A stretch of DNA of 64,000 bases from Trypanosoma brucei (lineage: Eukaryota). Below, piece after piece: positions 1 through 10,989 of the stretch. The DNA lies in NCBI GenBank assembly GCA_000002445.1, contig CM000208.1, forward strand, positions 224,001 to 288,000, written 5' to 3'. A program made the translations under genes and the position numbers. The notes beneath the pieces were generated by a model. The model was given only the letters and a program-made list of their open reading frames with translations. It ran no database searches and was not told the DNA's origin. Every line of letters begins with the position of its first letter. Position 1 is the first letter of the stretch.

Positions 1-39
1 TGCCACATTAGTGTTGTACTTCCTTCACTGATTTGTTCT

Positions 40-75
40 ACCTTACTTTTTTTTTTGCGTTTTTTTTTTAAAAAA
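40..75 (+). promoter_or_regulatory. Poly-T/pyrimidine tract upstream of the first ORF; candidate trans-splicing (SL addition) signal
   Basis: Runs t(10) and t(11) at ~44-70, followed by the ATG at 264. Kinetoplastid mRNA processing uses such polyY tracts. No AG acceptor was mapped. Confidence 0.3.
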
Positions 76-263
76 CCAAGTGCTGTACGGTGTAGTCGCG
101 CAGTTTATTATACTCTTCTCCGGGTAAGACCCGGGGCGCATCCAAGTCAATCAGTAGGAACAATTGGTTTCTGCCTAGGAGTAAGGGTCGAACAAGGACG
201 CGTACCGGCATACGTATCGTCCAGGTTCGTTGGTTACATCTCTTACATTTTGTGTAGTAAACG

Positions 264-3200
264 ATGGCCATGCGGCGGTCATCACCTTCGCCACGACCCC
301 GCGTGAGGTCGGCGTCTGTGGCTTCCATTCCGGATACGCAACGATGTGAAGGAATTCTTTCATCCCGTTCCATTGCAGGTACGGCGCGCTCCATAGAATA
401 TGTGGGCGACCGATGTGTATGGGCTGCAGCAGTTGATGGTCGCGTCTTAGTTTATTCGCTCTCCGATGGTGAAGTAGTTGCAGAGGCGGCCGTACGTGAA
501 AATACCTTTTGTACAGTACTACGCCTCGTGTCAAGAAGACGCATTTGGGCTGGGTTCGCGGACGGTTTTATTTGTTGCTACGACAGTTCGACGGCGAATT
601 TGTTGAATGAGTTTGTTCAGCATGATGGCGCAGTGAACTGCCTGGCCACAACCCCTTATAGTGAGTTTGTTTATAGTGGCGGGGAAGATTGGAAAGTGTA
701 CCAATGGTTGAAGGAAAGTTGCACGTACGTACGGCTCTTCTCTGGTCATTCTAATGCTGTGCGATGTGTTGTTGCGCATATAGTGGAGAGTGCGTCAACC
801 CGTTCTGTATCGGAAGGGGTGCGCTCCCTTGGTGATGACATGTACAATAACGAGGAGGACGAAGGGGGAGAGGGGTGTAATGCTCGGGTTAATGAATCAA
901 TGGAGGAGTACATCATTTCGGGAAGCGACGACATGACCATTAAAATATGGGACCCCCGGGCACCCTTGCAGATTGAACTAAACCTAGCTTGTCTCACTAC
1001 GCTTCGTGGTCACAATGGTGGTGTCCACTCCATGGAGGTTTTCCGTCGGAAGCAGGAGCTTTGGTCCGGTGACGGTGAAGGTGCTCTGCGTGTGTGGGAC
1101 CTCCATGATGTTAGGAAGCCTTCTTGCGTTGCCGTACTGGAGGGCCAACATAGCGCATCCATCTCATCCATAGTGCGTATTGATTCCTGCATGTGGAGCA
1201 GTGGCAAGGACAGCTTCGTTGTTTTATGGGACGCGTACGAAAAGGTAGCCTTACGTCGTTTTGTTCCCGGCGGACGTGCGGCTTCTAGGCCTATCTTCGT
1301 GATGCGACGGCTTTACCGGGCAGCTCATTGGGTTATATGGCTTGGAGGGCTCGATAGGAACATTCATTCTCTCAGTTTTGCAGCGGACGGTGATATAGAT
1401 GGAAAGTTGCTTCGTTCAGAGAAGCGGTGTGCGGCTAACAAACTGCGTTACATGCGCCTACAGGAAAGAACTATGGAACTATGCACTCTCGTAGAGGAAT
1501 TGGAAGAGAAAAACAAGGCATTGGAGACTCAGGTGCAGCAGCTCAACGCACTATTACATAGATCGTTGGAGGCAAGTCAGCCCTTAGACCACGGAAGTGG
1601 CAGAAGCAGATCAGCAGGTAAGGGAGGAGTTACATTTCGCCGCCTAAAAAGTGACGCAGAAGGTGACAAGGCACCATCAAGGCTTGCCGTGGACACAACG
1701 TTGAAGCTACCGAGTGGGATTGCCTCACGGTGCTCGACAGCAGATCCGTCACCGGAAAAATCCTTTAAGAAAGATGTACGGGCGTGGGAAAAGCAGGAAA
1801 AACAGACCATAACGGGTGATATTTCGGACGGGCAAAAACTTATCGATCAGATGGAACTCATCACGTCGGCTGAGTTTACATTGCAGGACGTCAGTGGTGT
1901 TGATGGCACAAGTCGCCTTGCCTTCGAGGCGTACAAGAAAGAGGTAGAACTGAAGTTGGCTGAGGAAGAATTGTCGCGACAAGCGCTGCAGCGTGAGCTG
2001 GCGGAGGCGACAAAGTACAAGACGATGTGGGAAACGAAAAACGACGCGTTACGGGACGCCTACGAACAAATTGAAAACCTACAGCGAAATCTCGAAGGCG
2101 AGCAACGGTACGTCAACGATCTACTGCAAGAGATGGCTCAGTTATCCAACAAGAAAGTGCGTGGGGAGGGTGAGGAAGATTTACCGTGTGCAGATAATCG
2201 CACTCCTACAGAACCTAGAGACCCTAGCACTGGTTACTCACTATACAAGAGCATCCCAGGCAACTACTGGGACAACATCTGCACGAACTATCCGGACGTT
2301 CTTAGGGATACCCTTTTTTCCGAACTCAGTGAATTAGTTAGTAGTTTGGGGGCAGTCGTAACAAATATCGCTTATGCTTCAACGGGAGAATGTCTTTTGG
2401 TCGAGGCGGTTGTAGGACCTACCACAGTTGGGCGAGAGAAAATGCAGAGCTGTCTGGAGCTACATGCATTTCCTCAGACACGTACCCTTCACGAGAGTAT
2501 GTCCACCCCATTTCGTAAGGACGCTTCGGTAAAAAAATCGGAGAAGGATAATGGATGGAAGCTGTTGGTGGAAGCGAAGGAGAGGGCAGAAATGGAGCGT
2601 GATGAGGCCTTGGCAGTGCTTCAGGAGGCTACTGATGAGTTGGAAGCCATGTATGAATATCAGCGTCAAGTTGAGGAGCGCCGTGCGAAAACCCCTGGTT
2701 TATGCGACATCACCGCGTTACGAGACCAGAAAAATAGCAGTGTAACTTCCTCAACTTCTCAGGCGTGTACTAAAGTTCCCATATATGTGGCCACAGCAGA
2801 AGAATATGAAGAGGTTCTTGCAGTTATGGGTAAGTTAGAGAGGGAGCGAGATGAGGTACTTCAGCTGCTTCAAAAGAGTCAGGCCAACTCAGTTTCGACA
2901 ACGAATAAGGCTACATCAACCAGCTTCATTGATTCACAACACCGGCAGCACAGGGAAGACACTGCCGCCTCCCAAACCGTGAGTGTCAACGAATACTCCA
3001 GGGTCGTCGCCGAGAAGGAGGGAGCGGAGGCTGAATGTCGGGAAGCTCGGAGGAAACTTCAGAAGGCCCTTCACGAGTTGGAATCTCTTCAAAAGCTTCA
3101 TCTTCAAGCTGAGGAACAGCGTTCTAGAACGCGAGGGTTGGCGGGGTCCACTAGGTTACACGGTCGAAAGAGTACCAACGAATCTTTATTGGAATCACGA

Positions 3201-4772
3201 GAGGGTACTAAAGTTCCCATATATGTGGCTACAGCAGAAGAATATGAAGAGGTTCTTGCAGTTATGGGTAAGTTAGAGAGGGAGCGAGATGAGGTACTTC
3301 AGCTGCTTCAAAAGAGTCAGGCCAACTCAGTTTCGACAACGAATAAGGCTACATCAACCAGTTTCATTGATTCACAACACCGGCAGCACAGGGAAGACAC
3401 TGCCGCCTCCCAAACCGTGAGTGTCAACGAATACTCCAGGGTCGTCGCCGAGAAGGAGGGAGCGGAGGCTGAATGTCGGGAAGCTCGGAGGAAACTTCAG
3501 AAGGCCCTTCACGAGTTGGAATCTCTTCAAAAGCTTCATCTTCAAGCTGAGGAAGAGTGGCGTAAAAAATTGAACTCGTCTGGGTATTCAGAGAGCTCAT
3601 GGAGAGGTGGGAAGAAGCCCCTCTTGTCCTTCTATCCTGATGGTGACCCAACACTGCGTGGGTTGGGCAGTGGAGAGCATGTGAAAACCGATGATACGGA
3701 CGCACTGTTGTCGGGTGAGGAGGTTGCAGACCACAGGTTGCGGGGGGGGAGGCGAAATCCCAGTAAAGGTTCCACCACATTCGGAAGCAGCGACCGCACT
3801 GCAAGTGCAGATCAACGCCGCAGCAGGCTGTTGCCCACGGCATCGGATATCGACATCGCTACAGGGCACGTCACTCCTGGTTTAGGGAGTTATTTTCACA
3901 ATCTCGCTGCGAAGGAAGAATATGCTAGTGCTGCCACACAGAATCTGACGCGTCCTGTTGATGTCGGCGCACTAGATTTGAAAACAAGCAAGTTTTCACG
4001 TTACCGATGCATGCTTGGAGAAATGTGGGGTCCGCTGGTAAAACGGTATAGAGCGTTGGTGGAAGACGTCTTTCTCATGGAGGTTTTCCGCGCTACGTCA
4101 ATACCACCTAACTACGTTAAGGGTTTGGAGTTTGGCCGTGGTGGATTGTTCGTAGAGGTTGACATCTATGACGTTCACTCCTGCGAAAATGTTAACCTTT
4201 GCCTGCAGCGCCACAAGTTTAGTGTGTTGGATAAGTTGATTCGTCTCAGTCAAAGCTGCAGTGCAACTGCACATGACCCACATCAATTAGGTGAAGAAAC
4301 GTCGGCCTCACAGCGGGGTCCTGGCTGCGTTGCAGAGAGGAACCTAGGTTTAAATGGCGAAAGTCGCAAATTTTTTCAGCAAACGTCACATTGCATTGAC
4401 GAAGCACAGGCGAAGGAACTTGACGCATTCCGCTGCCGGCGGGCTTTCGCCAACAGTTTACGTCGAGGAGAGGAAACGTTGCGTTCGTTACTTATATCGC
4501 AATCGGAAATCGACCCGAAGGTACCCGTGGATTCGTTAGCATTGCAGCGGGAACCAATTTACTGTGTGACCCTTGACGAGTATCGCTGTGTTTTGAGGCA
4601 ACTTGGTGCTGCAAGTCGACGTGTCACTCAACGCCAACGCGACATCAGCGGTGATGAGCAAACGCGGCTGTGGAACGAACATGTGGTGAAGCAAGCAGAG
4701 AAGGAGCGCCGGTTCGCGCGGAGATTGAGCCATCCCTATCCGCAGTTTGCAAAGGGTAGTCACACTGAATGA
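264..4772 (+). CDS. Hypothetical protein with an N-terminal WD40 beta-propeller and a C-terminal coiled coil (1502 aa)
   Basis: ATG at 264. WD-repeat signatures include GH..WD-like segments such as 'GHSNAVRCV', 'IKIWDPR', 'LRVWDLHD', 'VVLWDAYE'. Long heptad-like E/K/Q/L-rich stretches follow. The 4.5 kb ORF is uninterrupted and in the sense orientation of the unit. Confidence 0.7.
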   Translation: MAMRRSSPSPRPRVRSASVASIPDTQRCEGILSSRSIAGTARSIEYVGDRCVWAAAVDGRVLVYSLSDGEVVAEAAVRENTFCTVLRLVSRRRIWAGFADGFICCYDSSTANLLNEFVQHDGAVNCLATTPYSEFVYSGGEDWKVYQWLKESCTYVRLFSGHSNAVRCVVAHIVESASTRSVSEGVRSLGDDMYNNEEDEGGEGCNARVNESMEEYIISGSDDMTIKIWDPRAPLQIELNLACLTTLRGHNGGVHSMEVFRRKQELWSGDGEGALRVWDLHDVRKPSCVAVLEGQHSASISSIVRIDSCMWSSGKDSFVVLWDAYEKVALRRFVPGGRAASRPIFVMRRLYRAAHWVIWLGGLDRNIHSLSFAADGDIDGKLLRSEKRCAANKLRYMRLQERTMELCTLVEELEEKNKALETQVQQLNALLHRSLEASQPLDHGSGRSRSAGKGGVTFRRLKSDAEGDKAPSRLAVDTTLKLPSGIASRCSTADPSPEKSFKKDVRAWEKQEKQTITGDISDGQKLIDQMELITSAEFTLQDVSGVDGTSRLAFEAYKKEVELKLAEEELSRQALQRELAEATKYKTMWETKNDALRDAYEQIENLQRNLEGEQRYVNDLLQEMAQLSNKKVRGEGEEDLPCADNRTPTEPRDPSTGYSLYKSIPGNYWDNICTNYPDVLRDTLFSELSELVSSLGAVVTNIAYASTGECLLVEAVVGPTTVGREKMQSCLELHAFPQTRTLHESMSTPFRKDASVKKSEKDNGWKLLVEAKERAEMERDEALAVLQEATDELEAMYEYQRQVEERRAKTPGLCDITALRDQKNSSVTSSTSQACTKVPIYVATAEEYEEVLAVMGKLERERDEVLQLLQKSQANSVSTTNKATSTSFIDSQHRQHREDTAASQTVSVNEYSRVVAEKEGAEAECREARRKLQKALHELESLQKLHLQAEEQRSRTRGLAGSTRLHGRKSTNESLLESREGTKVPIYVATAEEYEEVLAVMGKLERERDEVLQLLQKSQANSVSTTNKATSTSFIDSQHRQHREDTAASQTVSVNEYSRVVAEKEGAEAECREARRKLQKALHELESLQKLHLQAEEEWRKKLNSSGYSESSWRGGKKPLLSFYPDGDPTLRGLGSGEHVKTDDTDALLSGEEVADHRLRGGRRNPSKGSTTFGSSDRTASADQRRSRLLPTASDIDIATGHVTPGLGSYFHNLAAKEEYASAATQNLTRPVDVGALDLKTSKFSRYRCMLGEMWGPLVKRYRALVEDVFLMEVFRATSIPPNYVKGLEFGRGGLFVEVDIYDVHSCENVNLCLQRHKFSVLDKLIRLSQSCSATAHDPHQLGEETSASQRGPGCVAERNLGLNGESRKFFQQTSHCIDEAQAKELDAFRCRRAFANSLRRGEETLRSLLISQSEIDPKVPVDSLALQREPIYCVTLDEYRCVLRQLGAASRRVTQRQRDISGDEQTRLWNEHVVKQAEKERRFARRLSHPYPQFAKGSHTE
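2769..3557 (+). repeat. In-frame direct duplication: two ~351-bp near-identical copies (2769-3119 and 3207-3557), period 438 bp
   Basis: Both copies encode 'TKVPIYVATAEEYEEVLAVMGKLERERDEVLQLLQKSQANSVSTTNKATSTSFIDSQHRQHREDTAASQTVSVNEYSRVVAEKEGAEAECREARRKLQKALHELESLQKLHLQAEE'. I saw only ~2 nucleotide mismatches (ggccaca/ggctaca; accagctt/accagttt). An ~88-bp divergent linker lies between the copies. Confidence 0.85.
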
Positions 4773-5007
4773 GACGTCCTACTTATGCGGCGGAAGAGAA
4801 GAAAGGAAAGTTACCTCGCGTGGGGGGAGAGGGAAATCTTAGTGAGGAAACTAAGGTGTTCAACATAGTACCAGGTGTTTTCAATACCCGCTAAATACGG
4901 TGAGCCATCACGACCTGGAAAGTGGGAGAAAACTGCATTTCTTCGTTTGATGTCGTTCACGCCTTAAGTGGTTCCCCTGTTGCCACGTGTCAATGTTTAC
5001 CTCCCAA

Positions 5008-5010
<3 letters not shown>

Positions 5011-5044
<34 letters not shown>
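5011..5044. repeat. (TA)17 dinucleotide microsatellite in an intergenic region, followed by a G(10) run at ~5225-5234
   Basis: The 34-nt string 'atatat...' is read directly from the sequence. Confidence 0.95.
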
Positions 5045-5047
<3 letters not shown>

Positions 5048-5802
5048 CGTATCTTATCTTTTTTTGTTTTCAAACTGTTACAACAGCCTTCTATTCATGG
5101 CATCGCGATATCATTGTTGTTACTACTATTGCATCAAATGTCGGTAGCGTCGGTTTGGATAACTCTGTGTTACCAACTCACTCGAGTCCCTCGCAGTGCA
5201 CCTCTTGTTTTTGTGGAGGACACCAGTGGGGGGGGGGGTGAAATTGAGAGACGAAAAATGCACTCTCCATTTGCTGCCCTCTCCGCCTCCAACTGCCGCC
5301 GATGTTTCTGCGTGGTGCGTGGAAAAGAGAGGGGATTAGCGAGAAGGTGGGGAGGGGAACGGGGAAATAACGAACGGTCAACGATCACTTGTAAAAAGGA
5401 AAAGAAAACGATTGCTTCCGGGCGTGTGTCCGTGTGTGGGAGAGAGAAGGGGAAGGCGAAGCAAAGGAAGTTATTTTCCCCTGTTAGATAACGATCTGGG
5501 AGAAGTGTCTGCATACTCCTTTCTTCCACTATTCCCACTCACTCCGTTCGTTTTGTGTGCGTACTTTTTGGTGGTGATTAGCTAGCGCGTAAATCAAAAG
5601 CTTGAACTTGCGTGTAACACTACTTTTTACACCTCACCCTACTCAGTACAGTTATAATCGTTTATTTATTGTCTTCTTTTTTTAAAAAAAATATTATTAT
5701 TTTAACTTTCCTTTGAACACCCACATTTTATGTCGTTCTGTAGTGGTATTCGCGGTTGTCCAGCAGCGAACGGAAAGAGGAGAGGCAAAGAAAAGGGTGC
5801 TT

Positions 5803-8800
5803 ATGAGCGAGCCCAGGGAAGTGGGCTACCGGCACATTTTAAGATCGGCATCGGCCACCAGCAAAGTGAACGCCAAGAACCGGAGCCCAACCGTAACAAA
5901 GAGTCCCAGCACACCTACCGACAGCCGTGGCGTTAGCGCGGCACGTATGCGTTCCTTCTCAGGATCTAGTGTCGCGAGAGCAAACCCTCGGATCCCACAA
6001 AAAGATGACAGTTCGCGGGAGGAGGTGAGGGCTCTTCGCCTGCTGCTCCGCGAGAGGGAAGAGCAGGTGGAACTACTTCATGCGCTCTTGAGTGAAAAAC
6101 AGTTGTTATTAAATCATAACAAAGCGGCCGAGGAGCGCCTCCGGCAATGTGATGAGCAACTTGGGACTCTTGCGGCCGTGCTCGGACTTGAAATGGAGTC
6201 GCAGGAAAAGGACAATTTGCCCCATACCACGAGGCAGGCGAAAGGGAGTGAACTGGGCACTGTGAAAAAAATGCCGAGCGTTCGTTGCATCTTAGACCGT
6301 GTTCAACAGCTAGTGTACGACAAAACGCACCTGGAAAGCGAACTTGATGTGAAACTCCAGGAACTGGAGTGGGCTCAGACAGAGTTAGAAATGCTGCGTG
6401 GAGGCACCCTTTCACAAAAAGTGTCACTGAAGAACGACGCGGGAAAGTGTGGTTCTTTGGCACAAGAGTTGGAATCACAACTTCGTGTTAACGCTGAACT
6501 TGAAAGAACGCTGGCCGATCTGAAGGAAAAATATATTATGTCGGAGAGGATACTGGAGACTTTGGAGAAGGACCACCATCAGGTAAGTCAGGTGCTACAC
6601 GGAAAGGAAAAGGAAGTTCTGGAATTACAACGTAAGGAACGAAGCGTCGCTGCGGAGTCTAGTAAAAGGCGTGAGTACGAAATCTACCACATGCAGTGGA
6701 AAGAACCGAATAATCTCATCACAACGCATCACCGCTGTCATTTTCGTGGAGATAGCTGGGTAGGCTTGTTACGGGAGAAACCACAGGCAATGCAGGCTGC
6801 TCTTTTGAAGGATATCTCGCTGGAACTCCGTGCCCCGTACGGCTTCATAACCATTGCAACCATGGAATCGGTGTCGGAGCTCGTTGTTTTCGATGTTATC
6901 ATTCGTCATCCCGTTTCACTATCTGAAGATGATGTGGAGTTACGGCTTATTGGATGCTCCTTCGATGAGATGTCACTTCTTCTGAAACAAGCGGAGAATC
7001 CGAAGGAAGGTCATGACCTTGTCCTCCACCAGTTGAAGCTCCTGCAAGGGACTATTGTAAGGAAAGAAGAAGAGATAGCCGCGCTGACAAAGCAATTACG
7101 AACAACTAAATTGTCCCTCGAGGAGAGACAACGGCAGTACGATGAAGAGAGTAAGCTGGTTCATATGGCGCTAGACGAAACGGAGGAGACTGTTAAGGTA
7201 ACGTACAGCGAACTGAAGATGCGTGAGTTGAGGGAAGAAGAGCTGAAACTGCAACTTCAGCAGTGCTCAGAAACAATTTTATCGCGGGACCAACGAATTA
7301 TGGAACTTACAGCGCAGCTGCGTGAGCTTAATAGTACTGTGGCAGAGGAAAGTGAAGAAAATGCAAGGATACGCGATGCTACATGCTCCAACGGCCCCGG
7401 AGACAAACACGATGGAAGATCCGCAGAGGGGAGGAAAAAATGTGTTGAAAATGAAAGCGATGGCCTCTGCGATACTCTAGTGAAGATACCTTCCGTAAAA
7501 ATGCACGTTGTCGAGGCGTCATGGAAAGGATTGGATCCCCTGGCATCGACTGAGGCAGTTATGACGCTTGACTCAAGGGCCCAAAGCATTGTGCGCACTA
7601 TTCTTATCGGTGAGATGGCGACTGTTGCTCACGTCCTTCCCTTGAAAGTTCTTTCACTTCAGTGCACTTGTTGCTCGTTGCGCGCGGAGGTACAAGTACA
7701 CATCAGTTCTCAAGTTGAAGACGCAGACCGTTCAACCGAGGGTCTTGATAAATTCCGCCCAAGAACTACCATCGCTTTCCTGGAGGAGTGGTTCAACATG
7801 CGGGAGCTCATTGAAAGTCGGGGACGGAGGGTGCAATCACTCGCAGATGAGCTCACCAGTTTAAACTTGTCAGTTGCCGCATTTAAAGAAAGCGGTAAGA
7901 AAAATGAAGAGGTAGAAAAGGCAGCTACGACTGGAACCCCTTCATGTGCGGGAGAAACCTCGCAGGGTGATGAAGAGAAAAGGGAAGAAAAAAGGCTGTG
8001 TGAATCACTCGACCAACAACTACGACTGGAGCGTACCCAAGTTCGCACACTACAAGCGGAGAAGCGAGCGAAGGAACTTGCGCTACAACGGGCAAACGAT
8101 AAGTTAAACGAAGTTACTGCTGCATTTGAGGCGTTGCAGTCAAATTTCGCTGGGAGAGATCACCGCCCCACTCGTGACGAAGATGCAAATGCCTGTCGTC
8201 TCGCAGACGTTCAGGCAAAAAGGCGCCACGGGAGGAACCAAAAGGACAACAATATGAAGGGCGTGTGTGACGCAGAGTTGGCGGGAGGAAATGAGTCGTT
8301 GAGGGCAGAAAGGGGGGACGTTTGGTCTGCTCTCGCTGACGCTTATGAGGAGTACGATACCTTATACGAAAGGTACGAAAATGCAATGAAGCAACTTCAG
8401 GACCTGGAGAGCTCGCTCCGGGAAAAACTGTTACTGACGAAGCGGTCTCACGTGTACGAGAAACAAGTCGAGGAGTTGACCCAACAGAAGGAAGCACTCA
8501 TAGCAGAGCAGGAGAAGCAACGCGAGAAGGAGGCTCTATTGCGGGAAACTGTTACTTCACATCAGCGCGATATTGACCGACTACAGAAGGAACTTGATCG
8601 TAAGACAGAGTGGGCAGAGGAGGTTATGCGTCGTCTTGTAGAAGAGGAGGATGAATGCTCCAGATTGGAAGGAGCTGTCAGATCCCTTAAGCAACACTCC
8701 ACGGCGGAGGTAGCGACAAAGGAAAAGGTCGTATCGAATGATTTGAAAACTAAAGACATCCAGCGGGTGCTTTACACCTTTTGTACCACTACCTTGGGAA

Positions 8801-9858
8801 TTGACGTACCAGAGCAAGAGCAGTCCGTGGATGGTGTTCTGGCACTTATTGCTCGCGCCTACGCGAACAAAGCCAGTGGTGCCAGCATGCAAGTGGCGTT
8901 TGCCGATAGGGAAGAGGTGTCAACCGCAATTCAGTCGCTCAATACAGCAGTGCAACTGCTCCAACAGTCTTTACCAACAGTAAGGCGCAGAGCATGCTCC
9001 GATGTAAGAAGTAGAGGACGCGCTGCTGTCGATAACTCACCGCGTAGCTCCCCAACTGGTGTAAGGAAAGTGCCTTCGAGGGGGCGGCCCATGACATTCA
9101 GTGGTAGGGGTGCAACAACATCGCCACCAGTGCGGGCACCACAGATATCTGGAAGGAGGTTGTTGGGGCAAGCAACGCCAATGAGGTCAGCACCAACCAA
9201 CACACCGAAGAGACACAAAACACCACAGCAAGAAAAGGTCAATACCGTAGGTCCTTGTCATCCATTGATATCGAGTGCCACGCGCGTCGTGCAACTTGTG
9301 CAGCAACTGACCGGAACTCCCGTACAGCCGAAGGTAAAGCCTACCAAAACGGCAACCAAACCACTTTCGAATACAGCAGGGGAGGAACTTGCTGAAGAGT
9401 TTGTACGTTGGAGCCGTGAACAAACAATTTCTCTTGCGCTGATTGTTAAGGACTACCTCCACGACGCACTGAGGGCAATGAGTCAAGTAGCGTTAGCTCA
9501 TGATGCAGTAACCACAACATATCAAGGACTACCGGTGGATCACACGCTCAATCTGAACACGGCAAAGAGCTGTGTAACACACGCACTGAAAAGCATCGTG
9601 CAGACCATATCTTCCCTACTCTCACATCGGGAAATAAGTGAGATTGAGGGAAAATTCGGAAAAGATTACCTTTCTATGACTCCTGCGCCACGTGGCAAGA
9701 CAACCAAACAAGAGGATCCGCGCCGTCAGTGTTCTGCTCCCGCCTTGGGTCTCGCCCCGCGTCCCGCTAATATAACGTTGTCATCTGGTGATCATTGCCG
9801 AAGTGTGTCACGGGATGTTGACGGGCTTTCGGTGCGCCCGCAACGAGAGGCCCTCTAA
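5803..9858 (+). CDS. Large coiled-coil hypothetical protein (~1351 aa from the first in-frame ATG)
   Basis: The track ORF 5713..9858 begins with TTG, not ATG. The first in-frame ATG is at 5803 ('MSEPREVGYRHIL...'). There are multiple long E/L/K/Q-rich heptad segments ('LRLLLREREEQVELLHALLSEKQLLL', 'LELQRKERSVAAE' etc.). A pyrimidine tract lies just upstream, at ~5660-5712. Confidence 0.6.
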   Translation: MSEPREVGYRHILRSASATSKVNAKNRSPTVTKSPSTPTDSRGVSAARMRSFSGSSVARANPRIPQKDDSSREEVRALRLLLREREEQVELLHALLSEKQLLLNHNKAAEERLRQCDEQLGTLAAVLGLEMESQEKDNLPHTTRQAKGSELGTVKKMPSVRCILDRVQQLVYDKTHLESELDVKLQELEWAQTELEMLRGGTLSQKVSLKNDAGKCGSLAQELESQLRVNAELERTLADLKEKYIMSERILETLEKDHHQVSQVLHGKEKEVLELQRKERSVAAESSKRREYEIYHMQWKEPNNLITTHHRCHFRGDSWVGLLREKPQAMQAALLKDISLELRAPYGFITIATMESVSELVVFDVIIRHPVSLSEDDVELRLIGCSFDEMSLLLKQAENPKEGHDLVLHQLKLLQGTIVRKEEEIAALTKQLRTTKLSLEERQRQYDEESKLVHMALDETEETVKVTYSELKMRELREEELKLQLQQCSETILSRDQRIMELTAQLRELNSTVAEESEENARIRDATCSNGPGDKHDGRSAEGRKKCVENESDGLCDTLVKIPSVKMHVVEASWKGLDPLASTEAVMTLDSRAQSIVRTILIGEMATVAHVLPLKVLSLQCTCCSLRAEVQVHISSQVEDADRSTEGLDKFRPRTTIAFLEEWFNMRELIESRGRRVQSLADELTSLNLSVAAFKESGKKNEEVEKAATTGTPSCAGETSQGDEEKREEKRLCESLDQQLRLERTQVRTLQAEKRAKELALQRANDKLNEVTAAFEALQSNFAGRDHRPTRDEDANACRLADVQAKRRHGRNQKDNNMKGVCDAELAGGNESLRAERGDVWSALADAYEEYDTLYERYENAMKQLQDLESSLREKLLLTKRSHVYEKQVEELTQQKEALIAEQEKQREKEALLRETVTSHQRDIDRLQKELDRKTEWAEEVMRRLVEEEDECSRLEGAVRSLKQHSTAEVATKEKVVSNDLKTKDIQRVLYTFCTTTLGIDVPEQEQSVDGVLALIARAYANKASGASMQVAFADREEVSTAIQSLNTAVQLLQQSLPTVRRRACSDVRSRGRAAVDNSPRSSPTGVRKVPSRGRPMTFSGRGATTSPPVRAPQISGRRLLGQATPMRSAPTNTPKRHKTPQQEKVNTVGPCHPLISSATRVVQLVQQLTGTPVQPKVKPTKTATKPLSNTAGEELAEEFVRWSREQTISLALIVKDYLHDALRAMSQVALAHDAVTTTYQGLPVDHTLNLNTAKSCVTHALKSIVQTISSLLSHREISEIEGKFGKDYLSMTPAPRGKTTKQEDPRRQCSAPALGLAPRPANITLSSGDHCRSVSRDVDGLSVRPQREAL

Positions 9859-10989
9859 CCTAATTGGGTATACCCGAGAGCAAACGTGTAGGCTCGTCAA
9901 ACATTAGCGACGGTTCTGTCACCGAGCTAACCGTCGATACACCACCTGTACACCACGTATATGCTTGCGTGTCCTATTACAACAAATAACTTAAATGCCA
10001 AAAAAAAAAAAAGTATTTAAGGTGCCACACACTCTGCGATTGTACCTTCTCCAGCAGTGTGCCGAGCCTACCTTTAGCACTGTACCTTCTTGATTTGTTG
10101 TTACTTTTGACTACTGTGTTGATGAATAAGCTGAGGCACGCTCAAAGTGTAAAATAATAGTTTCATCTGAAGGGTCACCTTTTTACTGTACATTCTTTCT
10201 TTCCTTTTTTTTAAAAAAAGAAGGGGTTCACAACGTTCAGCGCACACCTGTTCATAACGCCCACGAATGAATAACTTCCCCGAATGGGAATAGTAAAAGA
10301 GAGAAGAAGATATGGCATGACACTACGGAAAACAGCACCACGTTTTTTTTTTGCTTTTCGCTTTGTATTGCTTTCGTGTGTAACTTATGGGTCATTTGTC
10401 TACACCTTTGTTTACCTCTCAACTGTATAAATATAACATAAATATGCGATTGCCTGTATTTATTTGTTCATGTACACTTCACGGAAGAGTTCTTTGTGCT
10501 TTGTAGCTAACTGAGAAGCTCATCCTTTCTCTTGTACCTTAAACTTACTCCCTATAAATGTTGGTCAATTTCTGCCGTTTTGTACTGTGATGGCTGCTTG
10601 CACGTGGATTTTTTTTTTGTGTTTCCACTTTGTGTACGTGACCGGCGTTACGAAAGCATTGTGTATCCTTGCTGTTGGGCGGTATTTTGCCTCTCACTTT
10701 GTACCAATGAAGGGCTATCCACTTGCCTGTAAAAGTTTTTTCTTGTTCTTATTACGGTGAGTCAACATGTCTGTACCTTGACAACTCTGTCCCCTTCGCT
10801 GCGATCTAGCTCCTTTTTTTTTAATTTTGTGACATTATTAAGTGCAATACATTTAGACTGTGATACGACAAACATAAACGCATCACTGTAGTCACAAGTA
10901 ACCGTTACGGCGCACGTCTTTGAGTAATTGATCCGCACGACAGAAGGCGGCACATACCGACAGGAATCACCAACATCTCAACATTGCAA

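Noticed and set aside
68-534. Minus-strand ORFs 68..394 and 175..534 overlapping the start of ORF1
   Set aside because: They are short, overlap the 5' end of a well-supported sense gene, have no recognisable features and lie against unit polarity. They are most likely chance ORFs.
5966-6478. 170-aa minus-strand ORF inside ORF2; similarly 28861..29451(-) and 39356..40054(-) inside plus-strand genes
   Set aside because: They are antisense to long sense ORFs in a unidirectional polycistronic unit. They are Pro/Arg/Ser-rich translations typical of the antisense of GC-rich coding DNA.
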